From contig NC_068991.1 of NCBI RefSeq assembly GCF_001194135.2, forward strand, positions 52,551,497 through 52,615,496: a DNA stretch of 64,000 nt, given 5' to 3'. Shown here piece by piece: positions 62,601-64,000 of the stretch (its first letter is position 1; each line of letters opens with the position of its first letter). This stretch comes from Octopus bimaculoides. Taxonomy: Eukaryota. Under the pieces are notes generated by a model that saw only the letters and a list, made by a program, of their open reading frames with translations, made no database searches and was not told the DNA's origin. The translations under genes and the position numbers were made by a program.

Positions 62601-63096
62601 TATCCTGTGTTTGAGAATAAAATTATTTCCCTATTTTATCTTTTGCCTTTCAATCTTTCGAGGTCGATGAATTAAGTACCAGTGAAACACTGGGGTTGAT
62701 GTAATCGGCTAGTCCCTGCCCCAAAATTTCAGGCCTTGTGCCTTTAGTAGAAAGGATTATTATTATTATTATTATATTATTTCTTTGTAGCCTTCTGTGA
62801 GTATATCTGATGGAGAAGAGAAGCATGAAGAAGAAACAGCATGTAACGATGAGGAATTTGAGAATGACGAAGGTCCTGATGTTGAAGGTTTGATAGATCG
62901 TATGGTAACCCTTTGTCCAAGAGCAAAACGACCTACTGAGATGCAAAAAGATAACCCTCCAGAACTTCCACCGAAAAAAAAGCATCACCAACAACAAAAT
63001 GGAGAAATTCAACATAATACAGAAAATGGAAGTCCATTTTCACAAGAAGAAAAACCACCCATGCTACCTCCGAAGCGACGGGAGAAGAAGGAAGCT
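7233..63096 (+). CDS. MAP4K3: Partial multi-exon gene: MAP4K3/MAP4K5-like (GCK-I, happyhour-like) Ste20 Ser/Thr kinase; join(7233-7297,16358-16461,16950-16992,17281-17353,19149-19280,23437-23499,24578-24659,24804-24999,26500-26534,27538-27590,34243-34281,38934-38987,58130-58160,62791-63096); 5' and 3' ends outside window
   Basis: All 14 exons have AG/GT boundaries with compatible phases and no stop across 1276 nt. Translation contains [68 protein letters not shown] and [11 protein letters not shown], nearly identical to MAP4K3/5 as I recall them. The invertebrate gene is co-orthologous to several vertebrate paralogues, so the 3 vs 5 label is nominal. Confidence 0.95.
7331..7500 (+). mobile_element. 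Partial piggyBac-type MITE (right end)
   Basis: ctctcacacctaccctaca core shared with 17466-17682 and 53367-53849; ends aatgctaaagag-TTAA. Confidence 0.65.
7715..7850 (+). mobile_element. tRNA-derived SINE family B (partial)
   Basis: tggcagaatc...gagttcaaattc (A/B boxes) plus ctttcatcctttt.ggggtc.ataaaataagtacc body. Confidence 0.75.
8175..8510 (+). mobile_element. tRNA-derived SINE family A (variant 3' end)
   Basis: gcatggctgtatg...ggttcagtcccact...ggcaccttgggcaag CORE-like body. Confidence 0.7.
8553..8745 (+). mobile_element. SINE family B
   Basis: gctggcagaattgttag...gagttcaaattctgcc...ataagtaccag...cctcccccaaaatt. Confidence 0.8.
9109..9344. mobile_element. hAT(Charlie)-type MITE, 236 bp
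   Basis: Perfect 14-bp TIRs CAGTGGTTCTCAAC / GTTGAGAACCACTG; flanking 8-mers (atctgttg / ctttaatg) only partly match. Confidence 0.8.
10560..11040 (-). mobile_element. Highly decayed CR1/Jockey-like LINE 3' remnant
   Basis: Minus strand fragments RTNHFPQS...[12 protein letters not shown] resemble the post-RT LWN.LP..VFP motif. Confidence 0.45.
11135..13388 (-). mobile_element. piggyBac DNA transposon, near full-length but decayed (about 2.25 kb), TTAA duplications at 11131-11134 and 13389-13392
   Basis: Ends CCCTTTGAACCCCAG / (rc) CCTTCAGAACACCAG. ORF pieces: acidic N-terminus (12796-13146), [14 protein letters not shown]...KW catalytic block (11657-11938), C-terminal CRVC...CKYCEEFLC Cys-rich domain (11190-11540). 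Confidence 0.9.
13393..13680 (+). mobile_element. 3' part of SINE family A whose 5' part (about 11085-11130) is on the other side of the piggyBac
   Basis: ggcaagtgtctactattatagcc|TTAA|gtgaaccaaagctgtgtgagt..gtagac rejoins the family A body. Confidence 0.75.
15056..15480 (-). mobile_element. Cluster of SINE family B copies (one near-complete, two partial)
   Basis: tctttctactataggc...gggactagtcgattac...tttgaactcagaa...gctaa.aattctgccag repeated. Confidence 0.75.
15789..16050 (-). mobile_element. RTE LINE 3' tail with about four 26-bp units
   Basis: catcatcatttaac...gctggcatgggtcggacagtttgac...gctttttatgtggcaccagcac. Confidence 0.75.
16358..16461 (+). CDS. MAP4K3: Kinase exon, 104 nt: (I)[34 protein letters not shown]
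   Basis: tctttag acceptor, aag|gtatgc donor; catalytic HRD motif. Confidence 0.96.
16950..16992 (+). CDS. MAP4K3: Kinase exon, 43 nt: [14 protein letters not shown]
   Basis: cttttgtag acceptor, g|gtaagc donor; continues frame. Confidence 0.96.
17281..17353 (+). CDS. MAP4K3: Kinase exon, 73 nt: (A)[23 protein letters not shown](W)
   Basis: tttttttttcag acceptor, tg|gtaatt donor; DFG and activation loop. Confidence 0.97.
17466..17682. mobile_element. piggyBac-type MITE, 217 bp
   Basis: 14-bp TIRs CCCTTTAGCATTTA / TAAATGCTAAAGGG, flanked by TAAA and TTAA. Confidence 0.85.
17819..18192 (+). mobile_element. SINE family A, full length
   Basis: tRNA-like head (tggctgtgtgg; ggttcagtccc), ggcaccttgggcaagtgtcttc body, internal (TA/TG)n, tail cagtcaaatgactgaaacaagtaaaa. 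Confidence 0.9.
18294..18644 (+). mobile_element. SINE family A, full length
   Basis: Same head, body and tail as 17819-18192. Confidence 0.85.
19149..19280 (+). CDS. MAP4K3: Kinase exon, 132 nt: [43 protein letters not shown](R)
   Basis: tttacag acceptor, ag|gtgagt donor; APE and alphaF D-x-W motif. Confidence 0.97.
19425..19716 (+). mobile_element. SINE family A, 3' end lost at the adjacent Tc1 element
   Basis: agaagcttgcttcccagccacatggttctgggttcagtccc ... gaataagtcctaggg. Confidence 0.8.
19727..21108 (+). mobile_element. Tc1-like (DD34E) DNA transposon, end-to-end but decayed, 1382 bp
   Basis: TIRs (ta)TATTGAACCGCAAAAGAAAC / GCATTTCTTTTGTGGTTCAGTG(ta). Transposase pieces [10 protein letters not shown] (HTH), FSDES-like, [16 protein letters not shown] and DLNAIEHL. 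Confidence 0.9.
21950..22720 (-). mobile_element. Helitron RepHel remnant, internally deleted
   Basis: [12 protein letters not shown] / [18 protein letters not shown] (Rep) joined directly to [32 protein letters not shown] and [14 protein letters not shown] (Pif1-type helicase). Confidence 0.85.
22860..23200 (+). mobile_element. LINE (RTE-like) post-RT thumb remnant
   Basis: [15 protein letters not shown]....[15 protein letters not shown] resembles ISW...TN..VL....LL..I..RKL.Y.GH. Confidence 0.6.
23437..23499 (+). CDS. MAP4K3: Kinase exon, 63 nt: [20 protein letters not shown](W)
   Basis: tttcag acceptor, tg|gtaaga donor; matches RALFLM..S.F.PP.LKDK. Confidence 0.95.
23790..23990 (+). mobile_element. 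Degenerate SINE family A
   Basis: gggctcagtcccacagtgctacaccttggacaaatctcttc then (TG)n. Confidence 0.55.
24578..24659 (+). CDS. MAP4K3: Kinase exon, 82 nt: [27 protein letters not shown]
   Basis: atttcag acceptor, gag|gtaagc donor; ORF track 24483-24737 shows same peptide. Confidence 0.96.
24804..24999 (+). CDS. MAP4K3: Exon, 196 nt: [65 protein letters not shown]
   Basis: tttttag acceptor, a|gtaagt donor; HPF kinase end and ELL.K..NP / VP.RI.S linker similarity. Confidence 0.93.
25200..25800 (+). mobile_element. Very decayed LINE RT remnant (CR1/Jockey-like)
   Basis: VALNIGKSF (cf. ALDISKAF) and raised GC; no intact frame. Confidence 0.35.
25953..26170 (+). mobile_element. SINE family B
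   Basis: ggtagcgagctgac...gagttcaaattctgccaaggtcaactttg...ataagtacc...gaaattgctggccttgtgcc. Confidence 0.8.
26500..26534 (+). CDS. MAP4K3: Linker microexon, 35 nt: (I)[11 protein letters not shown]
   Basis: tactttcag acceptor, agg|gtaagt donor; phase 1 to 0 fits neighbours; resembles the vertebrate PPLRKETE segment. Confidence 0.82.
26850..27340 (-). mobile_element. Decayed CR1/Jockey-like LINE remnant
   Basis: Minus strand [12 protein letters not shown] resembles RP.MEYCCHIW; same family type as 10560-11040. Confidence 0.4.
27538..27590 (+). CDS. MAP4K3: Linker exon, 53 nt: [17 protein letters not shown]
   Basis: tttttag acceptor, aa|gtaagt donor; phase 0 to 2 fits. Confidence 0.8.
31370..31620 (-). 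mobile_element. Decayed CR1/Jockey-like LINE 3' remnant
   Basis: Similar to the 10500-10760 segment (ctttgcagg.tt...tttccagcttgaaa.tct.ca..ttga...ctataggga). Confidence 0.4.
33160..33918 (+). mobile_element. Head-to-tail trimer of SINE family B
   Basis: Copies at about 33160-33437, 33438-33689 and 33690-33918, each ending in (ATT)n. Confidence 0.88.
34243..34281 (+). CDS. MAP4K3: Linker microexon, 39 nt: (K)[12 protein letters not shown](R)
   Basis: ttctctcctag acceptor, ag|gtagga donor; matches the conserved KSLLKSVEEELHQR motif of MAP4K3. Confidence 0.9.
37470..37517. repeat. (CT)n microsatellite
   Basis: Direct reading. Confidence 0.95.
38934..38987 (+). CDS. MAP4K3: Linker exon, 54 nt: [17 protein letters not shown]
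   Basis: cttcttgtag acceptor, ca|gtaaga donor; begins RGH as in vertebrate MAP4K3; phase 2 to 2. Confidence 0.83.
39129..39306. repeat. Compound (CA)/(TA)/(TG) microsatellite
   Basis: Direct reading. Confidence 0.92.
40300..41900 (-). mobile_element. Very decayed RTE-like LINE RT/thumb remnants
   Basis: Fragmentary similarity (NFLLI.., [32 protein letters not shown]...INKW) in correct order, interrupted by unrelated DNA. Confidence 0.35.
44497..44730 (-). mobile_element. RTE LINE 3' tail copy
   Basis: atcatcatcgtcgtttaacgtccgctttccatgc...ggatgcccttcc...ccactccgagagtgtagtgggtgc. Confidence 0.85.
45060..45445 (-). mobile_element. SINE family A-related copy with (cat)n tail
   Basis: catcatcatc...tttccatgcttgcgtggg at left; aaatccactcacaagg...ctatagtagaag...gcagtgggac at right. 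Confidence 0.6.
46440..47335 (-). mobile_element. Penelope-like element remnant (RT C-terminus to GIY-YIG region)
   Basis: ITIKINL...[27 protein letters not shown], then [37 protein letters not shown] and LSKHIW in the expected order; split by a microsatellite and gap. Confidence 0.72.
47925..48032 (-). mobile_element. SINE family A fragment abutting the LINE tail
   Basis: cactcacaaggctttgg...gacacttgcccaaggtgccacgcg.tgggactgaacc. Confidence 0.75.
48036..50625 (-). mobile_element. RTE-clade LINE, 5'-truncated 2.6 kb copy with 3' UTR and tail
   Basis: [45 protein letters not shown], Cys finger [30 protein letters not shown], thumb [19 protein letters not shown], tail ggaaagcggacgctaaacgatgat. 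Confidence 0.95.
50995..51408 (-). mobile_element. SINE family A, full length, low divergence
   Basis: Reverse complement closely matches 17819-18192. Confidence 0.9.
51750..52230 (-). mobile_element. Older, decayed copy of the RTE RT region
   Basis: [27 protein letters not shown] and ELLYVDD remnants. Confidence 0.65.
52253..52510 (-). mobile_element. RTE LINE 3' tail with about four 26-bp units
   Basis: catcatcatttaacatcc...gtgctttatacgtggcaccagcac. Confidence 0.72.
53075..53240 (-). mobile_element. SINE family B (partial)
   Basis: ggtacttt...gatgaaaggcaaagttgaccttggcagcatttgaactc...gctaacaactctgccagttcgc. Confidence 0.75.
53367..53849 (+). mobile_element. piggyBac-type MITE interrupted by a solo LTR
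   Basis: TTAA-CCCTTTAACATTTA ... AATGCAGAAGGT-TTAA; body matches 17466-17682 (reverse) once 53467-53774 is removed. Confidence 0.78.
53467..53769. mobile_element. Probable solo LTR, 303 bp (TGTT...AACA, 5-bp TSD CATTG)
   Basis: CATTG at 53462-53466 and 53770-53774; TG...CA termini; AATAAA at about 53518-53523. Confidence 0.72.
54430..54700 (+). mobile_element. Degenerate SINE family A
   Basis: gaggcatgactgtgtggttaagaagttcgc...caccttgagcaaatatcttc. Confidence 0.65.
54880..55025 (+). mobile_element. RTE LINE 3' tail copy
   Basis: ggaagggcatccagctgtaacaacc...caacccatgccagcatggaaggtggacgttaaa. Confidence 0.75.
55481..55556. repeat. Inverted repeat: 33-bp arms (1 mismatch), 10-nt loop
   Basis: CTAAAAACACAATTGCATTCATGAGATTCATAG / CTATGAATCTCATGAATGCATTTGTGTTTTTAG. 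Confidence 0.95.
56650..57430 (-). mobile_element. Decayed RTE(BovB-like) LINE 3' region
   Basis: Minus-strand frames give [19 protein letters not shown] and IPKSQFSK..L, resembling GHV.RM..RLPK.LFYGEL..G.R..G.P..R.KD. Confidence 0.5.
58130..58160 (+). CDS. MAP4K3: Linker microexon, 31 nt: (Q)[10 protein letters not shown]
   Basis: ttttttttcttttttag acceptor and consensus aag|gtaagt donor; it is the phase 2 to 0 bridge required to reach the 62791 exon. Confidence 0.78.
58918..59325 (+). mobile_element. SINE family A, full length
   Basis: Head, ggcaccttgggcaagtgtcttc body and gactgaaacgagtaa tail. Confidence 0.85.
60711..60752. repeat. Perfect inverted repeat: 19-bp arms, 4-nt loop
   Basis: CTAAACCCTCATGACACTC-ccat-GAGTGTCATGAGGGTTTAG. 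Confidence 0.95.
60780..61300 (+). mobile_element. RTE LINE apurinic-endonuclease fragment
   Basis: [50 protein letters not shown] and TQHRL (APE motifs AYAP, GDFNGH, IDY, SDH). Confidence 0.8.
61548..62030 (+). mobile_element. SINE family A with internal insertion
   Basis: Head 61548-61710 and tail 61840-62030 separated by (TG)n and A-rich sequence. Confidence 0.7.
62641..62780 (+). mobile_element. 3' half of SINE family B ending 10 nt upstream of the exon at 62791
   Basis: gcctttcaatctttcgaggtcgatgaattaagtacc...ccccaaaatttcaggccttgtgcctttagtagaaagg(att)n. Confidence 0.85.
62791..63096 (+). CDS. MAP4K3: Acidic/proline-rich exon, 306 nt: [10 protein letters not shown]...PPELPPKKK...[14 protein letters not shown]
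   Basis: ttctttgtag acceptor, gct|gtatgt donor; open frame (ORF track 62797-63189); two PxxPx[KR] SH3-ligand motifs and R-EKK as found before the CNH domain. Confidence 0.88.
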
Positions 63097-64000
63097 GTAT
63101 GTGATTTTGTTTTGATTTTGATAAATCCTTATTTTTGTAGTTCCCATTTAGAAGAATTTCTGACATTTCAAACAAGCCATGCTAGTTAACAAAATACTTG
63201 CACCTATTGCTTACACATAGATTGCTATACATTTATTTCCATGGGTTACAAGAAATTTTGCCATAAACATTTTTGCCTTAGGAAAATTCACCTTAAAAAA
63301 ATAAATTGCAAAAAACTAGAGAAAGGTAATTGCTTTAAAATGATTTATCTTGTTTACAGTCTGTTTGTGTGCCTCTTTTACAGCAAAATTTCCTGCAGCT
63401 AAAATGTTAATGGTGAATTTTCTGGACACAATTTCTATGGTGCCTGTTTTCATTTACGATGGTTGAGCATGAGGGTTAACTGTTTTTGTCATTGCTTCAT
63501 ATATTATTCTAGAAGTGGATTCGGTTTCCTGAATTTGCTTTAAGATTGAAATAAATATATGGGAAATTCCCTTTTTAAACTGACTACAAATTCCATATCA
63601 TCTCTAAAGAGACTATATAGCTAATTTATTGACTAGTTTGAATAAGATGACATTGCAGTTAGTGATATATTTTTAAGTATGAAACTGTTGGTTGAAAATA
63701 TTGTTTTGCTTCAGTCCTAACAGGCCACCAGTGTCTGATCTGCAGGAGAGCCTTCCAAGCATGCATTGGACTGATTGGCCACAACCGGACAAACCATGCC
63801 CTGTCTTCTCCTATATGATGTTTATACAACCATTGGCTGTTTTATATGCATTGATGTTAAATTTCTCAGTTGCCCATTTGTGTATTGGTCTGAGACTCTT
63901 CACAATCAGAAGATTTGAATGCATCAATAACACTTTTTTTTTAATTGACTATATTAATTAGAATCTATAATTTATATTTACCTTCATCATTTAACGTCCG

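Noticed and set aside
63405-63455. Frame reading VNG...FYGACFH, reminiscent of NGLPPTPKVHMGACF at the start of the CNH region
   Set aside because: Nearby acceptors (63383, 63398) put a stop in the required phase-0 frame, and similarity is limited to four residues; the real exon is probably beyond the window.
63692-63961. ORF SPNRPPVSDLQESLPSMHW... as the next MAP4K exon
   Set aside because: Acceptors at 63714 and 63723 give immediate stops in phase 0, and there is no similarity to the expected CNH-proximal sequence.

Overview
This is eukaryotic, very AT-rich, microsatellite-rich draft-assembly DNA with six N-gaps. Its repeat landscape is most consistent with an octopus/coleoid cephalopod (inference from pattern recognition, not a database match). 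The window lies inside one large + strand gene, a GCK-I family Ste20 kinase (MAP4K3/MAP4K5, Drosophila happyhour-like). I could chain 14 GT-AG exons (7233-63096, 1276 nt, about 425 codons) in unbroken frame. They run from the gatekeeper region through HRDIKGAN, DFG and APE, then a run of tiny linker exons (35, 53, 39, 54 and 31 nt), to a 306-nt acidic/proline-rich exon. The first kinase exons and the C-terminal CNH domain are not visible in the window. The introns hold decayed transposons: RTE LINEs (RT, endonuclease and 3' tails), CR1/Jockey-like LINE remnants, Penelope, Helitron, mariner, Tc1, a piggyBac with TTAA target duplications, piggyBac- and hAT-type MITEs, a solo LTR and at least two tRNA-derived SINE families. 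Several are demonstrably nested in one another. No intact mobile-element ORF, structural RNA gene or CRISPR array was found. The most interesting leads are two candidate unannotated microexons that would compensate each other's frameshift, a SINE tail adjoining a 3' splice site, three nested insertions and two near-perfect hairpins. I see no firm evidence of a wholly new biological system.
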